Virus record (IMG/VR): IMGVR_UViG_3300019872_000005
Location: 1 to 43,086 of that record
Length of the DNA: 43,086 bases
Strand: one strand, 5' to 3'
Origin: a virus
Taxonomy: Duplodnaviria; Caudoviricetes
A model generated the notes under the pieces. It was given only the letters and a program-made list of their open reading frames with translations. It was not told where the DNA came from and searched no databases. How positions within the stretch are numbered: the stretch's first letter is position 1; each line of letters starts with the position of its first letter. Positions 27,818 through 36,284 of the stretch are shown here, in pieces. The translations under genes and the position numbers were made by a program.

Positions 27818-28651
27818 ATGATTAAAATCGAAATTACAGACCCCCATCTATTGGATATGAAAACGCTTCATGCTACAGGTACCTATTTATTAAATCTGGC
27901 TGGCGAAGAATCCGGCCCGGGTGATTTATGTAATTGGACGGACCAGGAAGTTTTGGACGGGTTAAAGCGTTGTCAAGCAGATTTAGAAGAAAGCATGAAG
28001 CCAACGACCCATTGGGATATTTCGGACGGGGGAGAAGATAAAACGACGGTAGACGCGAGAAAACATTACGTCGCGCCCGCTTTAACGCCTCTCGCAAACT
28101 CTATGGCTACCAAAGACTCCGAGAGGGGAAGAGGGTTTCACCCGGTTGTACCGCATGACGATTTGGGCATCGAGGAAGAATTGATACCAGTTCCCCCCGA
28201 AGTTGTTAGCGTGGTGCCCCCGCTCCCGGCGCATGAGGTCTTCAAACCCGCTGTTGAGTTAGATATTGAGGGCTTGCCTTGGGACCTACGCATACACGCC
28301 CGCACTAAAACTAAAAATAAAGACGGCTCTTGGAAAAAACTAAGGGGTGCAGGGCCTGAAGTTGTAAAACGTATCGAAGCAGAATTGAGGGGCGTTCAAA
28401 GTATTCCGGTTCCCCCGCTTGTGCTTGTTGCACCTCCGTTACCGGGCGAAGCCCCTGCGACTGTTCCGGGATTCTCAGATTTAATGTCATTAGTCACAAA
28501 ATCGATCACCGAAGGGAGATTGAGGAGGGATCAAGTTGTCGAGATATTAAAACCGTTCGGCATACCCTCTTTGCCGTTGGTGTCCACTCGATTAGATTTA
28601 ATCCCATCTATTATGGCCTCGATAACGGAGGTGGCAAATGCCCCATGCTAA
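27818..28651 (+). CDS. Conserved replication-module protein (Pro-rich)
   Basis: LDIEGLPWDLRIHARTKTKNKDGSWK motif; directly upstream of the DUF2800 gene. Confidence 0.6.
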   Translation: MIKIEITDPHLLDMKTLHATGTYLLNLAGEESGPGDLCNWTDQEVLDGLKRCQADLEESMKPTTHWDISDGGEDKTTVDARKHYVAPALTPLANSMATKDSERGRGFHPVVPHDDLGIEEELIPVPPEVVSVVPPLPAHEVFKPAVELDIEGLPWDLRIHARTKTKNKDGSWKKLRGAGPEVVKRIEAELRGVQSIPVPPLVLVAPPLPGEAPATVPGFSDLMSLVTKSITEGRLRRDQVVEILKPFGIPSLPLVSTRLDLIPSIMASITEVANAPC

Positions 28652-29714
28652 ATTAGCCCCATCAAGTGCGGCTCGCCGTGTTGCTTGTCCTGGTTCCCGC
28701 GCCTTGGAGGCGCGTTACCCTGAATTAACCGCCTCCCCTGAGTCTATTGAAGGCACCGCGGCTCATTGGGTTGCGCAACAATATTTAACTCAAGGATATT
28801 GCGTTTGCGATTTTACCCCGAGTGGAGAGCCTATAACCAAAGAAATGAGAGAGGGGGCGGATTTATATGAGCATGAAATCCGGCATGCCGCCGGGGATAG
28901 TCGTTTACACATTGAAGAAAGAACTTCTATATCTAATATTCACTCGGATTGTTGGGGTACTCCTGATTGTTGGTTTATTACTGATAATATTTTACATGTT
29001 TTTGATTATAAATTTGGCCATGGCTTTGTTGAAGTTTTCGAGAATTGGCAGCTATTGGAATACGCTGCGGGCATTTCGCAGATAAACCCATTTTCAAAAG
29101 TCACAATGACAATCGTTCAACCGCGCTGTTATACCCGCGAGGGGCCTGTCAGGTCTTGGACGATCAGCGTAGCCGAATTGTTTACATATATCGATAGATT
29201 ACAAAAGACTGAAGCCGCCGCGATGCAAGAAGACGCGGCATGTATTCCCACTCCCGAGTGTTCGCATTGCGCGGGCCGACACGCTTGCGCCGCCTTGCAA
29301 AGAACCGCCGGTAAATTCATAGACGTTTCACTGCAAAGTAGCGCGTGGGAACTGGATTCACGACAGACCGGCTGGGAGTTAAAACAATTACGTCACGCCG
29401 CAACCATGATCGAAGCGCGTATGACGGGGCTGGAGGAGCAGGCGCGGTCTATGATTACCCGCGGCGAATCCGTTCCCGGGTTTAAATTGGAAGCGGGGCA
29501 AGGTCGGGAACATTGGACGCGCCCAGTTCAAGAGGTAATCATGCTCGGGGAAATGATGGATTTAAACTTATCGAAACCCCAAGACGTAATCACCCCGGTA
29601 CAGGCCCGAAAACTTGGATTGCCTGATGATATTTCCGCGACATACTCACAAAAGATACCGGGGAAATTAAAACTGGTTGAGGATAACAGCGCACAGAAGG
29701 TATTTAGAAAATGA
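28638..29714 (+). CDS. DUF2800 family PD-(D/E)XK (Cas4-like) exonuclease
   Basis: HAKLAPSSA.R...CPGS, EGTAAH, WGTPD, DYKFG, NWQL..YA.G, IVQPR, CSHC...C. Confidence 0.9.
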   Translation: MPHAKLAPSSAARRVACPGSRALEARYPELTASPESIEGTAAHWVAQQYLTQGYCVCDFTPSGEPITKEMREGADLYEHEIRHAAGDSRLHIEERTSISNIHSDCWGTPDCWFITDNILHVFDYKFGHGFVEVFENWQLLEYAAGISQINPFSKVTMTIVQPRCYTREGPVRSWTISVAELFTYIDRLQKTEAAAMQEDAACIPTPECSHCAGRHACAALQRTAGKFIDVSLQSSAWELDSRQTGWELKQLRHAATMIEARMTGLEEQARSMITRGESVPGFKLEAGQGREHWTRPVQEVIMLGEMMDLNLSKPQDVITPVQARKLGLPDDISATYSQKIPGKLKLVEDNSAQKVFRK

Positions 29715-29857
29715 AAGAAGAATCTTACATAATATCTGTAACGGAACTTAAGAAACTACTAAAACAGTACCGGTGGCAAGGGATTTGGCTGGGCCTTCCT
29801 ACAGGGTCTCTTTTAAATGCGCTGGTTACCGCAACTCTAGACTGGTTGTCGAAATGA
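29711..29857 (+). CDS. Small hypothetical protein (48 aa)
   Basis: ATGA overlaps at both ends; MKEESYIISVTELKKLLKQYRWQGIWLG... Confidence 0.55.
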   Translation: MKEESYIISVTELKKLLKQYRWQGIWLGLPTGSLLNALVTATLDWLSK

Positions 29858-29979
29858 CCGAATGCCCAGACTGCAAGGGTACCGGGGTAACCCCCGGCTG
29901 GTGGGGTTGTAGTGACCCCGATTGCTACCTCTGTCTCGGTACCGGAGAGATAGAGGAGGAAGAGCCAGATAGTTGTTGA
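29854..29979 (+). CDS. Mini DnaJ-type zinc-finger protein
   Basis: CPDCKGTG...CYLCLGTG (two CxxCxGxG). Confidence 0.65.
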   Translation: MTECPDCKGTGVTPGWWGCSDPDCYLCLGTGEIEEEEPDSC

Positions 29980-30027
29980 CGGTAGTGTCAACAATAGGTA
30001 TACTCTCTTTATCAACTACAAGAGAGG
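29973..30027 (+). promoter_or_regulatory. Early promoter cassette: TTGACG-17-TATACT, operator palindrome, RBS hairpin
   Basis: TTGTTGAC-GGTAGT-GTCAACAA; CTCTCTT...AAGAGAG stem. Confidence 0.8.
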
Positions 30028-30036
30028 ACAAAGAAA

Positions 30037-30279
30037 ATGATTAACTTGGGACACGGTATTTTTTTAGAAACATCAGAAGAAATGAAAGCGTATCAAGCCG
30101 AGTGGGATGACGAAGACCCATGCAAGCACACGAACTTTGATGCTTATCCCCTGTGGCTTACTGATGACAGCGGGTCAGAACCTGAAGGCTATCATTCGGT
30201 CGAAGAATGCAGGAAAGATTTGGGAAAGGATTTTGATCACTTAAATTGGAATATGACCGGTTTTGGAGACACAAAATGA
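30037..30279 (+). CDS. Hypothetical acidic early protein
   Basis: GAGAGG RBS directly after the promoter cassette. Confidence 0.65.
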   Translation: MINLGHGIFLETSEEMKAYQAEWDDEDPCKHTNFDAYPLWLTDDSGSEPEGYHSVEECRKDLGKDFDHLNWNMTGFGDTK

Positions 30280-30455
30280 ATACGGACTTACATGAGGTGA
30301 TAGATCGTGCACTCAAAATAAAAGAATTAAATAATCTACCGTTTGTAACGATATGGAAAACAGGAAGGTTATTCGGATTCAATTTTGATCACAAACCGAA
30401 GGGCTTTGTAACTAACGACTACGGCGTTAAACGTGTTGTCATAGGAGTTTATTAA
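30276..30455 (+). CDS. Hypothetical protein
   Basis: GGAG RBS; ATGA overlap (MNTDLH start). Confidence 0.6.
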   Translation: MNTDLHEVIDRALKIKELNNLPFVTIWKTGRLFGFNFDHKPKGFVTNDYGVKRVVIGVY

Positions 30456-30719
30456 ATGAGCGTATTTATGTTTGCAACATGTGACCCACGATTGGCTTTA
30501 AGACATTTAAAACTGATTTACCCGAGACATGAAATAACCGAGGAGAGCGTAAAAAAGATAATGCCGTATATACAACAGGATATCGTGAGGATTCAAGACC
30601 CCGGATGTCATAACCCGGCACAAGTTGTGGAAGGTAAGAATTGGGTTGAAGACAAAAGAAAGCAGATAGCGGAAGATTTTAAAGACTTTCATAACTCCTT
30701 GGAGCTGAAAAATGTGTAA
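30456..30719 (+). CDS. Hypothetical protein
   Basis: AGGAG RBS; abuts the upstream stop. Confidence 0.65.
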   Translation: MSVFMFATCDPRLALRHLKLIYPRHEITEESVKKIMPYIQQDIVRIQDPGCHNPAQVVEGKNWVEDKRKQIAEDFKDFHNSLELKNV

Positions 30720-30843
30720 ATTTTTTAAAAAGAAAAAAGAAGACAAGGGCGTTATTAATCCCATTTATCGGAAAGTAATTTTCAAAATACCTGAAGAGCC
30801 AGAGATTATAAAAATAACTGAAAATGAGGTGCCTAAACTATGA
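30712..30843 (+). CDS. Small hypothetical protein (43 aa)
   Basis: GGAG RBS; fills the gap; ATGA overlap with the next gene. Confidence 0.45.
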   Translation: MCKFFKKKKEDKGVINPIYRKVIFKIPEEPEIIKITENEVPKL

Positions 30844-31070
30844 GTGAATTTACTGAAAAAGAATTGCGAAATATATTATGTTTTTTTGAACAACATAAAC
30901 AGGATGACTACGATGATTATCAGTATCGGAGTATAACAAACAAATTAAAGGCAATGATCGACAATTATTCCGTTTTGAATAAATGCAGACATAAAGAGAT
31001 TATCCGCGGCCCTTACCCCCGAACAAACCCACCCAAAAAATGCGATGTTTGCGGGGAGATGTATCGATGA
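30840..31070 (+). CDS. Small Cys/His protein, paralog 1
   Basis: MSEFTEKEL...KLKAMIDNY...CRH...CDVC. Confidence 0.65.
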   Translation: MSEFTEKELRNILCFFEQHKQDDYDDYQYRSITNKLKAMIDNYSVLNKCRHKEIIRGPYPRTNPPKKCDVCGEMYR

Positions 31071-31273
31071 ACCACTTCACCCGGGAAGAGTTGCGGGAAA
31101 TGTTATCCGTGGATTATTGTGAGACCGTGAGCTTTGAATTACATAATAAAATAAAAAAATTATTGAAAGAATATTGCGAGCATGTAGATGTCGGAGAGTG
31201 CGCGGAATGCGGTGTTCTGGAGTGTTTAAATTGCAATCAAATAATCGGCAGGGGGCACTGTGGGCATGAATGA
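31067..31273 (+). CDS. Small Cys/His protein, paralog 2
   Basis: MNHFTREEL...KIKKLLKEYCEH...CAEC...CLNC. Confidence 0.65.
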   Translation: MNHFTREELREMLSVDYCETVSFELHNKIKKLLKEYCEHVDVGECAECGVLECLNCNQIIGRGHCGHE

Positions 31274-31481
31274 ATTCACGAAAGAAGAATTGCAGATAAT
31301 TCAACTTGATATGTGCACCTATGCTGCAAGATATAAGATGCCAAAAGAATCACCATCACATGCAGCCTTAAGAAATAAAGTTGAGTCCATGATCGACAAC
31401 TACTGTGAGCATACTTACGGAATGTTTTTCGAGGAATCGAACGCTCGCCCTTTTTGTAAAATGTGCCGCGAGCCCGTGTGA
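31266..31481 (+). CDS. Small Cys/His protein, paralog 3
   Basis: MNEFTKEEL...KVESMIDNYCEH...CKMC. Confidence 0.65.
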   Translation: MNEFTKEELQIIQLDMCTYAARYKMPKESPSHAALRNKVESMIDNYCEHTYGMFFEESNARPFCKMCREPV

Positions 31482-31509
31482 AATAAACTTACAAAGGAGA
31501 AACTAATTA

Positions 31510-31761
31510 ATGAGTGATTTAGTAAACCACCCGAAGCACTACAACTCCAGTGCCGCGCATTGTGAATGTGGACGAAAAATAGAATGTATCGATATAACCC
31601 GACATATGGGTTTTAATCTCGGGAATGCGCTTAAATATATTTGGCGCAGTGAGCATAAAAACGGCACAGAAGATATTAAGAAAGCTATATGGTACTTGAA
31701 CGATTACATCAAGAAGTTATCCACAGAAGCTGTGGAAAAGTCTGTTAATAAAAGTTGTTGA
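31510..31761 (+). CDS. DUF3310 family protein
   Basis: DLVNHPKHY...IECID...GFNLGNALKYIWR...KNGTEDIKKAIWYL. Confidence 0.88.
   Translation: MSDLVNHPKHYNSSAAHCECGRKIECIDITRHMGFNLGNALKYIWRSEHKNGTEDIKKAIWYLNDYIKKLSTEAVEKSVNKSC
31717..31751. promoter_or_regulatory. Cluster of three DnaA-box-like 9-mers
   Basis: TTATCCACA (31717, +), TTTTCCACA (31731..39, -), TTATTAACA (31743..51, -), ending 6 bp before a -35. Confidence 0.6.
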
Positions 31762-31787
31762 CAGTAGCGTCAATAGGGGTGTATAAT
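31755..31787 (+). promoter_or_regulatory. Promoter TTGACA-18-TATAAT with operator TTGAC-AGTAGC-GTCAA
   Basis: Consensus hexamers; upstream of the ssb/phosphatase/polymerase genes. Confidence 0.75.
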
Positions 31788-32036
31788 ATGTTTATAAAAG
31801 CTAAAATACAAAACAACTTGGTCGAATGTGTAGAATTTATATTAAATACCGAGGGCATTGTAGCTGTTATTAAAGAGAATACGAATAAAAAGATAATTTT
31901 AAATCTAAATAGCGGGGTATACGATTTTAATTGCGCCACTCTTAATATTTGCGACCAGATTTACGCAGCTTTTGTAGAATTGTTAGCGGTCAAAGAGTCG
32001 GTAATATACAGTCATGTAAGTTTATTAATCATGTAA
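31788..32036 (+). CDS. Hypothetical protein
   Basis: MFIKAKIQ... start with AGGGG upstream. Confidence 0.5.
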   Translation: MFIKAKIQNNLVECVEFILNTEGIVAVIKENTNKKIILNLNSGVYDFNCATLNICDQIYAAFVELLAVKESVIYSHVSLLIM

Positions 32037-32045
32037 GGAAAACAA

Positions 32046-32915
32046 ATGAGTACAAAAACAGATTTATTAACTCCAGTAGGCCGACTAGTTCAAGGTAGCC
32101 TATACTCCGGTGCGACCACGGACGCAGAAAATCGTCCTCTGGTTTATAAAACTGGGCCGAATGCCGGTCAACCCCGTGTTAATTTTTGGTTTAGCGTTGC
32201 GGTACCTAAAGGAACTGAACAACACTGGAATCAAACCGAATGGGGTAAAAAAATATATGACGTAGGACACGCCGGTTTTCCTCAAGGTCAAGCCAATAGC
32301 CCGCACTTTGCGTGGAAGATTATCGACGGGGATTCCAACATTCCGAACACACAAGGGAATAAACCTTGCGATAACGAAGGATTCGCCGGTAATTGGATTC
32401 TAAAGTTTTCCGGTTCGTTCGCACCTTCCCTGTATAATGAAAACGGTACGTTACCTTTAACAGAACCTAACGCAATCCAACTCGGGGATTATATACAGGT
32501 CTACGGATACGTTGAAGACAATAAATCTACTCAACAACCGGGCGTTTATCTCAATCATTCAATGATCGCACGAGCCGGGTACGGTACACGAATTATCGCA
32601 GGTGCAGACCCGAAGTCCGTGGGTTTTGGCGCTTCTCCTTTGCCTGCGGGAGCGAGTTCAACGCCCATCGCTTCGTTCGCTCCCCCCGTTGCACCTGTTG
32701 TACCGGCTGCGACGGCTCCGGTTGTGGCACCTGCACCTATCGCCCCCGCTCCTGCGCCCGTAGCACCCCCGGCATATCCTCAGATACTAACTCCGCCCGC
32801 CCCTGCGACAGGCCCGATATTGACGGATAAAGCTAACGGTGCGAGTTATGAGCAGTTGATCGCGGTAGGTTGGACTGATGATTTACTGGTACAACAAGGC
32901 ATGATGATTCGTTAA
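32046..32915 (+). CDS. Single-stranded DNA-binding protein (DUF2815-like) with Pro/Ala linker
   Basis: TPVGRLVQGS...WKIIDGD...GNWI...QPGVYLN; C-terminal YEQLIAVGWTDDLLV module. Confidence 0.8.
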   Translation: MSTKTDLLTPVGRLVQGSLYSGATTDAENRPLVYKTGPNAGQPRVNFWFSVAVPKGTEQHWNQTEWGKKIYDVGHAGFPQGQANSPHFAWKIIDGDSNIPNTQGNKPCDNEGFAGNWILKFSGSFAPSLYNENGTLPLTEPNAIQLGDYIQVYGYVEDNKSTQQPGVYLNHSMIARAGYGTRIIAGADPKSVGFGASPLPAGASSTPIASFAPPVAPVVPAATAPVVAPAPIAPAPAPVAPPAYPQILTPPAPATGPILTDKANGASYEQLIAVGWTDDLLVQQGMMIR

Positions 32916-32925
32916 ATAATTTAAC

Positions 32926-32950
32926 TCGGCGGCAGTATCACAGCCGCCGA
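32926..32950 (+). terminator. GC-rich hairpin after ssb (weak U-tract)
   Basis: TCGGCGGC-N9-GCCGCCGA. Confidence 0.5.
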
Positions 32951-33045
32951 AATTGAGGTTTATAATGACTGAAAGGACTATGCTTGACGGGACTAAGGTA
33001 TCAGTTGTATTCCTGGACCCTAAAGTTTTTAAGAGGCGAATAAGT

Positions 33046-33474
33046 ATGAGCGTAATCGTAGATATTGACGGTACAATAGCAGACAACACGCACAGACAAA
33101 GCGTGCTTGAGGCCGATCCGAAAGACTGGGATTCCTTCTTTTTAGAGTGTCACTTGGATTTGCCGATTGAACCGGTAGTAGAAATCGTACAAGCACTTGA
33201 TAAGCTTCACGCTATTTTAATAGTGACCGGACGTTCAGAAAAATATCGGGAGTTAACGAAATTTTGGTTAAAAAAACACGATATCCCCTACGATGAACTT
33301 TACATGCGGAAAGAAGGCGATTATCGTCCGGACCATGAAATTAAAGAAGAAATACTGATAGAAATCCGCAAGTTTTATCAGCCTATGCTTGCAATAGATG
33401 ACCGACAAACCGTAGTGGACATGTGGAGGCGTAACGGTTTAGTCTGCCTGCAAAACGAACCCAAATACTTTTAA
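33046..33474 (+). CDS. HAD-family 3'-phosphatase (T4 PseT/PNK phosphatase domain only)
   Basis: DIDGT, VTGR, LYMR...DYRPD..IK, IDDR..VVDMWR; AAGAGG RBS before the ATG at 33046. Confidence 0.88.
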   Translation: MSVIVDIDGTIADNTHRQSVLEADPKDWDSFFLECHLDLPIEPVVEIVQALDKLHAILIVTGRSEKYRELTKFWLKKHDIPYDELYMRKEGDYRPDHEIKEEILIEIRKFYQPMLAIDDRQTVVDMWRRNGLVCLQNEPKYF

Positions 33475-33483
33475 GGATGAAAA

Positions 33484-33627
33484 ATGCGCGTAGGGGATTG
33501 TGTTATTTATAAAAACGCAAAGTACGAAGTTTTGGAAATTAAGTGGGGTTTGTATTGTATTAAGCCCCTCGATGCAAAACGGAAGATCTGGGTCAGCGTT
33601 GACGCTCTGAAAAGGTGTGATTTTTAA
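33484..33627 (+). CDS. Small SH3-like hypothetical protein (47 aa)
   Basis: MRVGDCVIYK...; AAGGA RBS; abuts the polymerase start. Confidence 0.55.
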   Translation: MRVGDCVIYKNAKYEVLEIKWGLYCIKPLDAKRKIWVSVDALKRCDF

Positions 33628-35805
33628 ATGGAACTAGACTTCGAGACATACAGCGAAGCGGGCTTTATTTGGGACGAAAAAACCCAGAAATATAAAGCAC
33701 CCCCAAACGCTACTAAAAAAGGCTTGCCGACCATCGGCGCGGCCGTTTACTCCGAGCATCCAAGCACCGAGGTTTTGAGTTGCGCATATGATTTGGGCGA
33801 TGGTATGAAATGGCTATGGATTCCCGGTATGCCTCCTCCGATTGAGTTATTCCACTATGTCCAACGTGGCGGGCTTATCGAAGCTTGGAACGTGAAATTT
33901 GAACGATGGATATGGCTTAATGTTTGCGTTAAGAAATACGGTTGGCCAATTCCTCAAGAATGGCAATGGAGAGACGCAGCCGCAAAAGCCGTGGCTCACG
34001 CTTTGCCTAAGTCTCTCGACTCTTGCGGAACAGTATTAAACATTGCCAACAAAAAAGACAAAGACGGTTGGCGATTGCTTACTAAATTTTCAATGCCGCG
34101 CAACCCAACCAAGGGAAACCCTAACCGCCGAATTTATCCAAAAGATGACCCCGAAGACGCAAAAAATTTATACCGTTATAACATCCGAGACATTGAGGCC
34201 GAGTTAGAGCTATCCCGTTTAATACCCGACTTGATACCCTCTGAGCTTGAGTTTTGGCAATGTGACCTTGCTATCAATGCCCGGGGTATTAGGGTCGATG
34301 TACCCGCGATTAAAGCGGCCATCGCCGTGGTTGAACAGGCACACTGCAAATACAACGCCCGTTTACAACAGCTTACTAATAATACGGTTACCCGAGCCTC
34401 AGAGCTGGCAAAAATAAGGGTTTGGTTAGAATCCCAAGGCGTGAATGTTCCCGTACTCGATGCAGACAAAGTTACCGAATTACTCAAAGTCGACTATCTC
34501 ACCCCCCAAGTGCGCGAGGTTCTCGAAATACGCGAGCTACTATCCAGTGCCGCCGTTAAAAAATTATATGCCATGCTTAACATGGTGACCGAATCGGGGC
34601 GTTTACATGATTTGTTTATTTATCATTCTGCTCGCACTGGCCGTGCTGCTGGAGCTGGCGTTCAGCCGCAAAACTTTCCAAATTCAGGGCCTGCCGTATC
34701 TTTATGTAATTCTTGCGGCTTTTATTCTCAATCCTTACATTATTGTAGTTCTTGCGGCTGTGAATCTGTACCTTTGGAGCCGGTAGAATGGAATGCAAAA
34801 GCGGTAGACCAAGCGATACAGACGATATCAACCGGGAACTTGACATGCGTAGAGTATTATCACGGTAACGCCATCGCTACCGTGTCCGGGTGTCTCAGGG
34901 GGATGTTTATACCCGACCCGGGTAAAGATTTTATTTGTAGCGATTATTCCGCCATTGAAGCCGTTGTGATTGCGGCTCTGGCGGGCGAAGAATGGCGAAT
35001 GGAAGTATTCAGAACGCATGGCAAAATTTATGAAATGTCCGCGAGTAAAATAACGGGCATACCGTTTGATGAATATATCAAACACAAACAAGAGACAGGG
35101 CAACACCACCCGACACGTAAGACAGTCGGCAAAGTCGCGGAGCTTGCGAGCGGGTACGGCGGTTGGATTGGCGCGTGGAAAGCGTTTGGCGCGGATGCTT
35201 TCTTCACCGAAGACGAAATTAAAAAAGCGATATTGGCATGGCGTGACGCTTCCCCCGCTATCGTTGAGTTTTGGGGCGGTCAAAAAAGGGGCTGGTTTCC
35301 AGATTTTTACGGCTTGGAAGGTGCCGCAGTTCAAGCGATTATGTCGCCCGGTCAAGTGTTCGATTGTAGGGGCTTTGAATGGCAAGTCCGAGACGATATC
35401 TTGTACTGTAAATTACTTTCCGGTCGAAATCTAACGTATCATAAGCCGCAACTGCGCCCGAGTGAGCGCAGGAACGGCACGTATTCTATCAGTTTTGAGG
35501 GTTGGAATAGTAACCCCAAATATGGTGCGCCGGGGTGGGTGAGAATGGATACTTATAGTGGGAAACTGACCGAGAACGTGGTGCAAGCTGTTGCAAGAGA
35601 TATTCTCGCGCACGCTATCGTTAATCTCGAACGCGCGGGGTACCCGGTCGTCTTGCATGTCCACGATGAAATTGTGAGCGAAGTGCCGGAGGGATTCGGT
35701 AGTATCGAGGAATTCGAGCGTATTATGTCAACTATGCCCGCCTGGGCTACCGGTTGGCCGCTTAAAGCGTCCGGAGGCTGGAGGGCAAAACGCTATGGAA
35801 AATAA
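33628..35805 (+). CDS. Family A DNA polymerase with 3'-5' exonuclease domain
   Basis: LDFETYS, AWNVKFER, YNIRD exonuclease motifs; RTGR, QPQN, DYSAIE (A), RKTVGKVAELASGYG (B), HVHDE (C). Confidence 0.95.
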   Translation: MELDFETYSEAGFIWDEKTQKYKAPPNATKKGLPTIGAAVYSEHPSTEVLSCAYDLGDGMKWLWIPGMPPPIELFHYVQRGGLIEAWNVKFERWIWLNVCVKKYGWPIPQEWQWRDAAAKAVAHALPKSLDSCGTVLNIANKKDKDGWRLLTKFSMPRNPTKGNPNRRIYPKDDPEDAKNLYRYNIRDIEAELELSRLIPDLIPSELEFWQCDLAINARGIRVDVPAIKAAIAVVEQAHCKYNARLQQLTNNTVTRASELAKIRVWLESQGVNVPVLDADKVTELLKVDYLTPQVREVLEIRELLSSAAVKKLYAMLNMVTESGRLHDLFIYHSARTGRAAGAGVQPQNFPNSGPAVSLCNSCGFYSQSLHYCSSCGCESVPLEPVEWNAKAVDQAIQTISTGNLTCVEYYHGNAIATVSGCLRGMFIPDPGKDFICSDYSAIEAVVIAALAGEEWRMEVFRTHGKIYEMSASKITGIPFDEYIKHKQETGQHHPTRKTVGKVAELASGYGGWIGAWKAFGADAFFTEDEIKKAILAWRDASPAIVEFWGGQKRGWFPDFYGLEGAAVQAIMSPGQVFDCRGFEWQVRDDILYCKLLSGRNLTYHKPQLRPSERRNGTYSISFEGWNSNPKYGAPGWVRMDTYSGKLTENVVQAVARDILAHAIVNLERAGYPVVLHVHDEIVSEVPEGFGSIEEFERIMSTMPAWATGWPLKASGGWRAKRYGK

Positions 35806-35826
35806 TACCAACTAATGGAGAAATAA

Positions 35827-35988
35827 GTGGAAACTAATATTTTTGAGAGAATCGTAACGGCTTTGGAAAGAATCAATGAAAATTTGCAGGGCATTAATGA
35901 CGCGCTACACGCCGCAGATGGCGCACCGATAACTCACGTAATCGATGAAGCCCTCAATCGTATAGAAACCAACGAATCGCCCGAATAG
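35827..35988 (+). CDS. Small hypothetical protein (53 aa)
   Basis: GGAG RBS, GTG start, IFERIVTALERI. Confidence 0.55.
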   Translation: METNIFERIVTALERINENLQGINDALHAADGAPITHVIDEALNRIETNESPE

Positions 35989-36044
35989 TTGTTGACCCTA
36001 CTGTCAACAAGGTATATAATCCCTTTATCAAATAACGAAAGGGA
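35989..36044 (+). promoter_or_regulatory. Early promoter cassette: TTGACC-17-TATAAT, operator palindrome, RBS hairpin
   Basis: TTGTTGAC-CCTACT-GTCAACAA; TCCCTTT...AAAGGGA stem. Confidence 0.8.
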
Positions 36045-36054
36045 GTATACACAA

Positions 36055-36282
36055 ATGAACACACTAGAATTAGTAAAACAAGCGGTTTCACAAAACGTAC
36101 ACGGAGTAGTTGCTTTTAAAAAATACTTACAAAAAGTAAGTAAAGAAATAAACAGTACGAAAATGACTGACATTTGCGACGGTATCTATAACAACTACTT
36201 GGCCGCTAAAAAGGACAATACTCAATTTAACGAATTAAGCGTGTTTTTGAATCTACAGATTGAAAAAGCTAAGGGGTTATAA
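36055..36282 (+). CDS. Hypothetical early protein
   Basis: GGGAG RBS; MNTLELVKQ start. Confidence 0.65.
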   Translation: MNTLELVKQAVSQNVHGVVAFKKYLQKVSKEINSTKMTDICDGIYNNYLAAKKDNTQFNELSVFLNLQIEKAKGL

Positions 36283-36284
36283 AA

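Noticed and set aside
29721-29750. dif-like XerCD site (TTATGTAAGAT arm on the minus strand)
   Set aside because: The XerC arm does not match and the site lies inside a small ORF.
32680-32810. Repetitive Pro/Ala-coding DNA in ssb as a separate element
   Set aside because: Explained by a low-complexity protein linker.
35989-36054. ORF-track N-terminal extensions starting at TTG in TTGTTGAC (also at 31755)
   Set aside because: These starts fall inside promoter/operator sequences; the likely starts are the downstream ATGs.
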